Program-made: the position numbers and the translations under genes
Notes under the pieces: generated by a model
The model's database searches: none
What the model was told of the DNA's origin: nothing
The model's input: the letters and a program-made list of their open reading frames with translations, nothing else
Source of the DNA: the human T2T-CHM13v2.0 reference genome, Homo sapiens
Assembly (NCBI RefSeq): GCF_009914755.1
Contig: NC_060925.1
DNA: 64,000 bases
Strand: one strand, 5' to 3'
Part shown: piece by piece, positions 53,545-64,000 of the stretch
How the letters are laid out: every line of letters begins with the position of its first letter
Numbering within the stretch: the stretch's first letter is position 1

Positions 53545-54335
53545 TACAATCAAAGGATAATTGCACTGACAATAATAGGAAAGGAAGGCTTTATTCAAGA
53601 CTATTGCAATGGGGGACAGTACAAATCCCCTGAAATAAAAGGCAGCACAGTTTTTGTTTGTTTGTTTATGTTACGTATTATTTATTTATTTAATTTTAAG
53701 TTCAGGGGTACAAGTGCAGGTTTGTTACACAGGTAAACTTGTCTCATATGATTTTGTTGTACAGATTATTTCATCACTCGGTTATTAAGTCTAGTATCTA
53801 ATTATTTATTTTGTCTGATCTTTTCCCTCCTCTCACCCTCCACCCTTAGAAAGTCCCCAGTGTGTGTTATTCCCCTCCATGTGTCCGTGTGTTCTCATCA
53901 TTTAGCTCCCAGTTATGGAACAGAAAGCCAGCTGAGTTTTAAAGCACTGATGTGAGCTAGATGAAGAGTGCTGAAGTACTTTAGGGAAAAATTAGTCAAT
54001 GTGATTAGGCCATCTGTGTTTGTTAATTGTCCCTTTTGGAAGTTAGGCTTCTATCCTCCCACAGAGACTGAGAAACAGAGGCACTATTTCCTTTTATAAT
54101 TATATTTCAAAGACATGGCTACCAGGTCCTTGAGAAAGACATTCTCAAGTTGTTAAACTGTTGTAAAACTGGCAGGAGGCTGGGAGATTTACATCTCAAA
54201 GAAGAAGAGCAAGAATTTACAATGAAAAGTTTTCTAAATTAAATGCACTAAGAATAGAGAGGCTAGGATCCTAAAGCTAAGAAGAATTCTTACTGAAGTT
54301 TAGTCAATCCGAGGAAATGGTGAGGCTGTTTTAAT
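53545..54335 (-). mobile_element. MER67-like (MER4-group) ERV1 LTR, interrupted by a short L1PA
   Basis: 'gaaggctttattcaagactattgcaat', then after the insert 'ctcccacagagactgag...caggtccttgagaaagacattc...gatttacatctcaaag...aagtttagtcaa'. Confidence 0.7.
53655..53916 (-). mobile_element. Short 5'-truncated L1PA13-16-like 3' end
   Basis: 'ttttaagttcaggggtacaagtgcaggtttgttacacaggtaaacttgt...ttgtacagattatttcatcac...catttagctcccagttat'. Degenerate TSD aaaggcagcacagtttt (53638-53654) / aaagccagctgagtttt (53924-53940). Confidence 0.88.
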
Positions 54336-54369
54336 GAATACTTGACATGCACAGTTACAGTCTTTCTTT

Positions 54370-55260
54370 TACTTTTTCACTTTTTAGTTTGAAATAATTT
54401 TAGGTTTACCCCACATCCCACAATTTAATAAATAGTAGCATTCTCATAACCATTTACTCATCTCCTATTTTTATCACATTACGTATCATAGTATAGTTAC
54501 AGAAATTATGAAAGTAACATTAATATAATGCTATTAACTACTCAACAAACTTTTTTTTTGGCTCGGGTTTCCATTTAGTTATCACATATCTTCAGTCTTT
54601 TTCACTCTGTGACAGCTTGTCAGTCTTTGTGTGTCTTTGATGACAGACTATTTTGAAGGGTACTAATCAGTTCTTTTGGCAAACTGTCTCTCAATTTGGG
54701 TTTTGTCTGATTTCACATGATTAGACTGAGGTTGTGCAGTTTGGGCAAGAATGTCAATAAAATTAGGTTATTCCCTTCTTAGTGCATTATATCTGGATGT
54801 GCATGATGTCAGTATACTTTATTACCGATGTTGATGAGTTTATCACTTGATTAAGGTGGTGCCTGCCAGGTTTCTTCACTGTAATTACTATTTTTCCCTT
54901 AATACAAATTAGTATCTTGTGAGAAGATACTTTGAAACTATGCAAATATCATTTTTCTCATCATGTTTTACCTGCTAATTTTAGCAATCATTGATTGTTC
55001 TTGCTTGCAATAATTATTGCTGTGGTGTTAGTTAATAGTGATTTTCTATTTCCATCATTCCTTCTACATTTTTAAATTAAAATTCTACCTAAAGGAAGGC
55101 TGGCTTCTTTTCCCAATTTCTTCTGTTTTCCTTCCTTATTTATTTATATCAGATAGGCTTTGATATATACTTATTATATATGTATACTCATGAATACTTA
55201 TTTTATTTGTGAGTTAGAACCTAACACTATCATTATATATTTTATTGTTCACAATGCTCA
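54370..55260 (-). mobile_element. L1MC4/5-like 3' fragment
   Basis: 'ttttgaagggtactaatcag...ctcaatttgggttttgtctga...catgattagactgaggttg...tcacttgattaaggtggtgcctgccaggtttcttcactgtaa...gatactttgaaactatgcaaatatc'. Confidence 0.8.
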
Positions 55261-56467
55261 TTCTCTTGTAGTTATTCCAATTTGAAGACTTAGACCTTGG
55301 GGATTTGGGAGCAACAAAGTAAACTTTCTCCCTTGTGTTCATCTGGTATTAATTGAATGGCTTTACTGCTCTAACAGAGACTCCCTAAATATAGTGGCAA
55401 AAATATAGGTTTATTTCTGATGTTACTATTAGATTTAGGTATTCCATGGCGGATCAGTGTCTCTTCTTTAACATACGGCGCCTGTTTGAGGGTTCATAAA
55501 AGCATCTGCGATTTTTGCCATCTCATCTCTCAGCAAGTAGAAAGAGGAAAAACACAAGAGCACATGTCAAATTGCTTCAAGGCCTATTTCCTCTCAAATT
55601 TCATTGACTAGAACTAGTAATACATTTGCATCGATCTGTGAAGAAGGCTGGGAAAATGAGTCTAGCTAGGAAAGGAAACTCTAGCATACGTAGAGCTAAA
55701 CCTCTGTTATGTTGAAAGAGACAAAAAAATATATATAAGGGAAGAACAGATTGTCTGACTTCAGACAGACATGAAACACAATAATATTCACCAATGTAGT
55801 TTCTCCTGGACATAAATTTGAGGTGGCTTTTTGGGGTATATTGGTTTAATAGATTGTGGGATATTTTAATAAAGCATTTATTCCAAAATTTCTGAAATTT
55901 GAAAGAGAAAGATAAGCTATTCTAAATTTGAATAAAATTTGGTTCAATTTTGAGTAGATATTTATCCCAGTAAATTACATATTCCTACTTTATTACTATG
56001 CAAATTCCATCATATATTATGACAGGAACTGTTTCATTCTTTACTACTACTACTTTTTCAGATATGAAACAATTGTATAAGACACAAATTAGATGCTCAA
56101 TAAATATTTGTTGCACAAATGATCAAATAATATGTGTGTAAGATTTCTATATAACTGTTAATCTGAGTGTATGTTCCATCAAATAATTAAATATATAATA
56201 CATGACCCAAATAAGTAGAGAATAAATATGACTTAATATATAATATATAAACATTAATTATGTTGAATTTATAATTTCTGTTACATAGTAAAATATCCAA
56301 AAATAGTTATTACCTATTAACTGCTTATACATGCCAGTTCTCAAGAAAACCCTATGGAGTTGAAATGTTATTATCATAATCTTTTGTATAAGAAAATAAA
56401 GATGCAAATTTTAAATTCCTTTTCAAGTCCAGGTATTTTAAAAGAGGAAAGGCCATGTCACTAAGAT

Positions 56468-56955
56468 GTGGCAAACTATATATTGCACAATGGCAACAAC
56501 AGCATATAACATCACACATGCTTTTCTCAGAGTGGGACTTTCAGATTCCTCACATTAAGAATATGGGTCTACCTTCACTCCTCTTAAACCTAGATAAGTT
56601 TGTGTCCATGGGAAAAGAGACTCTATATGATTTCCAAGATAAGGTAATAAAAGACTTTGTGGCATCTACTTCTCTCTTGGAATACTTGCCCTAGAGGCTT
56701 GACCCTCCATGTGGGCCATGGTGAGACAGCCATGCTCTAAATATCTCCAAATAGCAGATGCAGAAATCACATAGAAAAGCCTGTGATGACGTGAAGTGAG
56801 ATGACATGCTCCTACCTAGCCACCATCTGATTGCAACTGTGTAAGAGACTTGAAGTCAAAACTGCCCAGCCGAGCCCTTCCCTAATTCCTTACTTACAGA
56901 AATTGAACTTAATACAATAATTGTTGCTTTAAGTCGTTAAGTTTTGTAGTGATAA
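56468..56955 (+). mobile_element. MLT1H-like MaLR LTR
   Basis: 'tgtggcaaactata...ctagccaccatctgattgcaactgtgtaagagact...aactgcccagccgagccc...tgttgctttaagtcgttaagttttg'. Confidence 0.75.
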
Positions 56956-56964
56956 TCAAATTGT

Positions 56965-57255
56965 ACCTTCTAACTGAGGCCTTCACTGATTACAATGGGT
57001 AAAACTGAAGCTTTTCTGCCCACCCCAATACTCCCTATTCTCCTTGACTTGCTTCTTACACCTCTAACACAATCTAACTTACTACATATTTTCATATTTT
57101 TTTCTTGTTTATCCTCACTAAAATGTAAACTCCTTTTTTATGTAAGCAATGATATTTGGCCATTCTATTTACTGTTGTAGCCCCAGTTTTTGGGAGCTGA
57201 TCTGACACTCAGTCATCACTGATTAAGGATTTACTGAATGAATATCTGAATGTGA
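56965..57255 (+). mobile_element. L2a 3' fragment
   Basis: 'gaggccttcactga...cactaaaatgtaaactcc...tgttgtagcccca...atttactgaatgaat'. Confidence 0.7.
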
Positions 57256-57281
57256 CGAATAAGAGAGGGTTAAGAGAGGGA

Positions 57282-58883
57282 GAAAAATGGCCATACTTCC
57301 CAAAGTAATTTATAGATTCAATGCTATCTCCATCAAGCTACCAATGACTTTCTTCACAGAGTTGGAAAAAACTACTTTAACCTTCTTATGGAACCAAAAA
57401 AGAGCCCACAAAGCCAAGACAATCCTGGGCAAGAAGAACAAAGCTGGAGGCATCATGCTACCTGACTTCAAACTACACTATAAGGCTACAGTAACCAAAA
57501 CAGCATGGTACTGGTACCAAAACAGACATATAAACCAATGGAGCAGAACAGAGGTCTCAGAAATAATGCCACACATCTACAACCATCTGATCTTTGACAA
57601 ACCTGACACAAGCAATGAGGAAAAGATTCCCTATTTAATAAACGGTGTTGGGAAAACTGGCTAGCCATGTGCAGAAAACTGAAACTGGACCCCTTCCTTA
57701 CATCTTATACAAAAATCAACTCAAGATGGATCAAAGACTTCAATGTGAGACCTAGGACCATAAAAATCCTAGAAGAAAACCTGGGCAATATCATTCCAGA
57801 TGTAGGCATGGGCAAAGACTTCATGTCTAAAACACCAAAAGCAATGGCAACAAAAGCCAAAATTGACAAAAGGGATCTAATTAAACTAAAGAGCTTCTGC
57901 ACAGCAAAATAAACTATCATCACAGTGAACAGGCAACCTACAGAATGGGGGAAAATTTTTGCAATCTATCCATCTGACAAAGGGCTAATATCCAGAATTT
58001 ACAAAGCGCTTTAACAAATTTACAAGAAAAAAACAAACCACCACATCAAAAAGTGGGCAAAGGATATGAACAGACACTTCTCAAAGGAAGATATTTATGC
58101 AACCAACAGACATATAAAAAATGCCCATCATCACTGGTCATTAGAGAAATGCAAATCAGAACCACAATGAGATACCATCTCACGCCTGTTAGAATGGTGA
58201 TCATTAAAAAGTCAGGACACAAAAGATGCTGGACAGGATGTGGAGAAATAGGAAAGCTTTTACACTGTTGGTGGGAGTGTCAATTAGTTCAACCATTGTG
58301 GAAGGCAGTGTGGTGATTGCTCAAGGATCTAGAACTAGAAATACCATTTGATCCAGCAATCCCATTACTGAGTATATACCCAAAGGTTTATAAATCATAC
58401 TACTATAAAGACCCAGACACACGTATGTTTATTGCGGCACTATTCCCAATAGCAAAGACTTGGAACCGACCCAAATGTCCATCAATAATAGACTGGATAA
58501 AGAAAATGTGGCACATATACTCCATGGAATACTATGCAGCCATAAAAAGATGAGTTTGTGTCTTTTGCAGGGACATGGATGAAGCTGGAAACCATCATTC
58601 TCAGCAAACTATCACAAGAACAGAAAACCGAACACCACATGTTCTCACTCGTAAGTGAGAGTTGAACAATGAGAACACATGGACATAGGGAGGGGATCAT
58701 CACACACTGGGGCCTTTCTGGGGGTGGGGGTCTAAGGGAGGGATAACATTAGGAGAAATACCTGAGGTAGGTGAGGGGTTGATGGGTGCAGCAAACCACC
58801 ATGTTACGTGTATACCTATGTAACAAAACTGCAGGTTCTGCACATGTACACCAGAGCTTAAAGTATAATAACAAAAGAAAAAA
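57282..58883 (+). mobile_element. L1PA7/8-like LINE-1, 5'-truncated (ORF2 3' third plus 3'UTR)
   Basis: Frameshifted ORF2 peptides at 57287-57664 ([14 protein letters not shown]...TKTAWYWY), 57667-57912 ([11 protein letters not shown]...KSFCTAK) and 58317-58553 ([11 protein letters not shown]...EYYAAIK). The 3'UTR ends 'cttaaagtataataacaaaagaaaaaa'. Confidence 0.96.
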
Positions 58884-60781
58884 CAGATAGCTTTATATAA
58901 ATAGATTAAATAAATAATGATGACGTTGAGGAATACATGGTATAGCTATTCACATCTGTCTGAAAATGCCTGATGTGATTTCTCTGAGCACATCCAAATC
59001 AGTCATATATTTTTAGAGCTTTTATTTTAGTTCATTTTATTTGTTATCAAAGAGATTCTAGGGAAGTTCTTGAGTGTATAAAATACCCTTTCCATGAGAA
59101 CTAAAACAAAAACAGAGTAAGAAGACCCATGATGGTAAACAGAAAAATGATCATTGTATTTGATTTGCTTTCCTGGTTTCAGAATGGTGTGGTTTTTATT
59201 GTTGTTATGTTCCTCCAAACTACACAGGTATGACTTCTTTGCTTCTTTTTTTTGGTTTCAGTAATGTAGACAAGTGAAATGCTGGTGAATTTCCCCATGC
59301 TTAACAAAAGCAGAGTTATTGCTAGACATGGAGACTCTCCAAGATTTTAGCATGCTGTAGTACACTTTTTTTCTCCATGAAGGTGTAAATCTTTAAACCG
59401 GCCACAGAGTGCATCTGTATTTGTATTATTTATTTCAAACCTATCAAACAATTTTTCTCTTTATTTCTAAAACTTATGATCTTCTTATAAATGGTTGTCA
59501 GACAATTGTATGCTTTCATCAGTAGAAAGTGCCTTTATTTCTTTCTTCATAAATGTTACACACTGCCCAAAACAATTAGAGTACAGGATAATTGCCAAAA
59601 GAAAGATCTGTTAAAGAGATTATCAAGCATGATTTTTTAATTTTCTCCTGTCATATTCTTACTTTATTCCTCCATAACTTGTTGAATTAGAAATGCTGAA
59701 GATATTTTAAAAAGTATTATTTTGTACGTAAGTGAAATTAAGTTCATAAAGACTGTACATTTTTGTCCATTTTAACATTAAATGAATAAATTAATAGTAG
59801 TATTTATTAGTCCCAGACTACTAATATCATGTGCATTTAGAATAAATTTAGATATAATCATATTGGTATCCACCCAATTTTCCACAATTTAAAAAATTTT
59901 TATTCCATGGGCTCAATCTTTTTAATTTGTTTATTTAACTGCATTTCATTTGTTGCTTTATGCTCCAGATGGCATTCCTGCCAAAATTGAATATATTCCA
60001 ATCCCATTTATATTTTGTCCTTTGGATGACCATAGGGTAACCTTGTGTAGAATGCAGACCAGTAACTAACTGCTTTGCTTAGGATTTAAAGGAACTTGTG
60101 AAACACCTTCCCTGTTAAATCTTTGTTATTAATCTTAGAATTTTGTATGATTAATCTATATTTGGACCAGTTCTAAAATTTTGTAGGTCATCAGTCCAAT
60201 CTGTTTATATTTCTTGCATATGTTTGAAAAAAACTGTCCAATAAAAGAGTCCAACTTTTTATTAATGCAGACATAATTGAGTTAGTGATAAATCGAGTCT
60301 ACTTCTGTAAATAAAAAGATTTTGTGCTAAAACTTTTTTTTGTAAAATTTTTCCAAAATCTAAACTGCTAAATTAAAATAATAAAAGATACATTTTCACT
60401 CTTATCTCATTATAATATAAATATATAGACTTCTTTAAGATCACTTCCTATGTATGATACAAAAGGTCAGATATGCAACTCAAAAACGGGATTAAGTTTG
60501 AAACAAAAAGAATCTTCTCAGAAAAGGAAAAGTATCAATTTATGGGAAAACCTACTTACCAAACATACTAAAAACTGACTGCATTTTCCCTATAAAATAT
60601 GTTGAATAAATGTAGGTTTTGTGAGTCTTAATTTTTAAAGGGCTAACATGCTTTTGTTCCAAAATTATGATTTTTAAATTAATACACATGTGATCTAAGA
60701 AGTTAGTTCTCTGGATTTGGAGAAGAATTTATTAGTAAGATGCTATGGTATTAACATTACTTACCATTTTTAGTATGTCTG

Positions 60782-61217
60782 TGCTGTAGTTTGGATATTT
60801 GTCCTGCAAATCGCAAGTTGAAATTTGATCCCCACTTTTGGACTTAGAGCCTATTGAGAGGTGTTTAGGTCATGGAGACAGACTCCTCATGAATGGCTTG
60901 GTGCTGTCCTTGTGGCAATGAGTGAGTTCTCCCTCTATTATTACAGTTCTCAGGAGACAGCTAGGTGTTAAAAATGGCCTGGCACCTACCTCCTTCCCTC
61001 TCTCTCTTACTTCCTCACTAGCCATGTGATCTCTGCATGCTGGCCCCCTTAGGTATTTGCCATGAGTGAAAGCAGCTTGAGCCCCTCACCAGAAGCTAAG
61101 CAGATGCCCATGCCATGCTTCCTGAACAGTCTGGTGAACCATAAACCAAATAAAATTATTTTCTTCATAAGTTATCCAACCTTAAGTATTCCTTTATGAC
61201 AAAAATGGACTAAGACA
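60782..61217 (+). mobile_element. MSTB-like MaLR solo LTR
   Basis: TG...CA termini (tgctgtagtttggata...ggactaagaca) and a 5-bp TSD GTCTG / GGCTG. Confidence 0.9.
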
Positions 61218-61421
61218 GGCTGTATAAAAATTGGTGTTAATTTATGGTTGGATTCATGACATATTAAGACTATTCATTGCTTCTCACCCACAGAATGTGT
61301 ACTTCCCTTTTAGGATATATCTAATGAGGTACTGCTTTATTAATTTTGTTTGTATATCTTACCAATATCAAAGAAATATCAAAGTCATCCCCTTAAAATT
61401 ATTCACCACGTATTTCCATGT

Positions 61422-61933
61422 ATGTATGAGTTTCTTATTGCTGCTGTAAAAAATAACCCCCACTTGAGGCTTAAAATAATGGAATTTTTTAAATTTTATG
61501 TTTCTGGAGGGGTCAGAAATCATAAATGGGCCTCACTGGACTAAAATCAAGGTGTTGGCAGGGTTGCATTATTTTCTGGAATCCACTCTCTTGCCTTTTC
61601 CAGTTGGTAGCATTCTTTAGTTCCTAGCCATCCTCCTTCTCCAAAACCAACAATGGCAAGTAGAGTCTTTCCAAAGGCTGGTGGAGTCTTTCTGATAACA
61701 TAGGCATCACTCTGACATCATGCTTCTGCTCCATCTTCCACATGTAAGGACCCCTGTGGTTAGATTGGAATGACCAGATAATCCAGGGTAATCTCCCTGT
61801 TTTAAAGTCACCTAATTAGCAATGTAATTCCATCTGTTACCTTAATTCCTCTTGCCATAGAATTTAACTATTTCACAAGTTTCAGATATCAGGACATGAA
61901 CACATTTGGTAGACCATTGTTTTGCCTTCAATA
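61422..61933 (-). mobile_element. MLT1D-like MaLR LTR
   Basis: 'gtttcttattgctgctgtaa...ctcactggactaaaatcaaggtgttggcagggttgcatt...taaggacccctgtggttagattgg...gataatccagggtaatctccc...ccttaattcctcttgcca'. Confidence 0.85.
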
Positions 61934-62036
61934 ATATATTTTAATCAAAGTAGTAGATTAAAGAGTATATTTGTAGTAATTAGTTGTTTGTTATTAAATG
62001 AAACTTTCAAACGTTCCAATTTAAAAAATTAGAATA

Positions 62037-62337
<301 letters not shown>

Positions 62338-63559
62338 TTAAATTTATACAAAGCCTCCTAAGGTGTCAGATTCTTTTCTGAGAATATTTTATTTTCTGAA
62401 ATATATACAGTATAGTGGCTACTACATACTACCTATAAAATACTGTATATACTACCTATAAAATAGTGAGATAACTTGTGGAATTTAACTTACATGTATG
62501 TTTAATTTACTCGGTAAAACACAGAGAATAATTCAAAAGCTTTTCATTTACAACATATACAAATGACTTTAGATAATTTGAAAGCAGTATAAGAATGGAG
62601 CAAAATTGCTATTATTAAGCAATAAATTCTACATGTTTGTATACACAGTTTTAGTTTTAGTGAACACTCAGCAAAATTTGATGCTACATTACTGCCCACA
62701 TACTTTTCTCTGTACAATATTTCTCCCAAGTCAGCAATCAATCTATTCTTTCAAATTAATGTTACTTCTAACAAGAGACCAAATCAAACTATGGCCAAGT
62801 TCCAGGGATCTTATTTCCTGTTCCTATATACTCTATTGAAATTTATTTGCAGCACTAGCATGCTGATGGCAGTAAATCTGCTTATTTGGAGAGAATATAA
62901 TGGATGTCATGTAAATAAAAAACACTTATGGGAAAGTGTTATGTGAATACAATTTCTGTTTTGATCTTCAAGATGAAATATTAATGGAAATACTTTTCTA
63001 ATAATGTTGCTCATTGAAAAAGTAATTAGAATAAAATTCTAACACTCTGTCAAGTGTTTATAGTTGAGGGTTATGTTAGTGATGTCTAAGTTTCCAGTGT
63101 GCTAATTTTATATTGCTATTTATACAGCAGGAAAGATTAAAGACAACTCTTCTTTTTTTGATTGTACTCCATATATATCAAAAGAATCATCTGATTACTT
63201 ACTTCAAAGAGACCCTATTGCCTGAATGTCCTCCTTATGAATATGTTCATGGCAATATTTAATTCATATCTTTAGATTTATTTGCCTATGACATAACAGA
63301 TGAGCTAAGCCAGATATTGTATTTAAATGTATCAAAAAGAAGGTCAAGTGATTATAATATGTTTTAAATTTACAATTTATTCTCTGAAAATGATTTTGTT
63401 TACTGTTCTGCCTATAGAAAACTTTATTCTATTGAAGATATACTTAGTTTTGTTTCAATTTTTCTGAAACCAAACATTCAAATAAATGTGCAAAAATACA
63501 ATACAAAAATAGAAAGGATTTTTATGCAAATATTAATAATAACAAAAGGAGAAGTGATC

Positions 63560-63728
63560 GATATTTTAACTTCAAAAAACAGAGGCCCTGTGACCTAAGA
63601 CTTATATAAATCTATCCTGAAGAAACATCACATTATTTGCACAAATACATATGTACATGGCTGTTCAGTGCACCATCATTTACAGAGTTAAATAATAAAA
63701 AAGCTACTTGGAAGTTTCTAAATGCCCA
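63560..63728 (+). mobile_element. Old L1ME-like fragment
   Basis: 'atctatcctgaagaaac...tgcacaaatacatatgtacatggctgttcagtgcaccatcatttaca...ctaaatgccca'. Confidence 0.6.
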
Positions 63729-64000
63729 GGACTATAGCTACCCTTCTTCCCTCTATTCTGGCCCTCCTACCATTCACACTGCACACAGAAACAGAATGAT
63801 TTTAAAAATATGTAAATCAAATAATCTCTACGTCACTGATTTTGAGTTTTCCACTGAATTTAGCATAAAATCAAGTTCTGTAACATTGTTTGCAAAGCTC
63901 TGCAAGAGTGGACCCTTAACCAACTCTCTAGTACCTTCTGTTATAATTCATGCCTCCAATAACTTCTTTTTTAACTCTCAAAATAACATATCTCTTAAAG
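63725..64000 (+). mobile_element. L2 fragment
   Basis: 'ccaggactatagc...cacacagaaacagaatgattttaaaaatatgtaaatcaaataat...tagcataaaatcaagttctgtaacattgtttgcaaagctctgca'. Confidence 0.7.

Noticed and set aside
57287-58553. Series of RT-related ORFs as an active retroelement or novel RT system
   Set aside because: These are frameshifted, stop-interrupted C-terminal ORF2 pieces of an ordinary 5'-truncated L1PA, with no EN or RT core.

Overview
This is AT-rich primate (human-like) intergenic or deep-intronic DNA dominated by decayed transposable elements. These include Alu/FLAM SINEs, MIR and L2 relics, L1 copies from old L1M to L1PA7/8-like, MaLR (MST/MLT1), ERV1 (MER31, MER41, MER67-like) and LTR33 LTRs, and DNA transposons (MER1A, Tigger1/2a/3b, MER3/MER33), plus microsatellites. 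I see no recognisable protein-coding gene, RNA gene, CpG island or CRISPR array. The longer ORFs are L1 ORF1/ORF2 remnants, antisense Alu/L1 reads or simple-repeat artefacts. I found no convincing new biological system. The best leads are: a 34-bp inverted repeat in non-repeat DNA (12.7-13.2 kb); a phase-compatible three-exon spliced candidate encoding 47 aa (30.4-35.1 kb); a poly(A)-ended MER41 LTR fragment with STAT motifs; an apparently inversion-split Alu with a duplicated Tigger1-Alu junction; an internally deleted L1 with intact TSDs; and shared private variants between two inverted L1s. Repeat subfamily names come from my memory of consensus sequences and need RepeatMasker/Dfam confirmation. 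Boundaries of the old elements are approximate.
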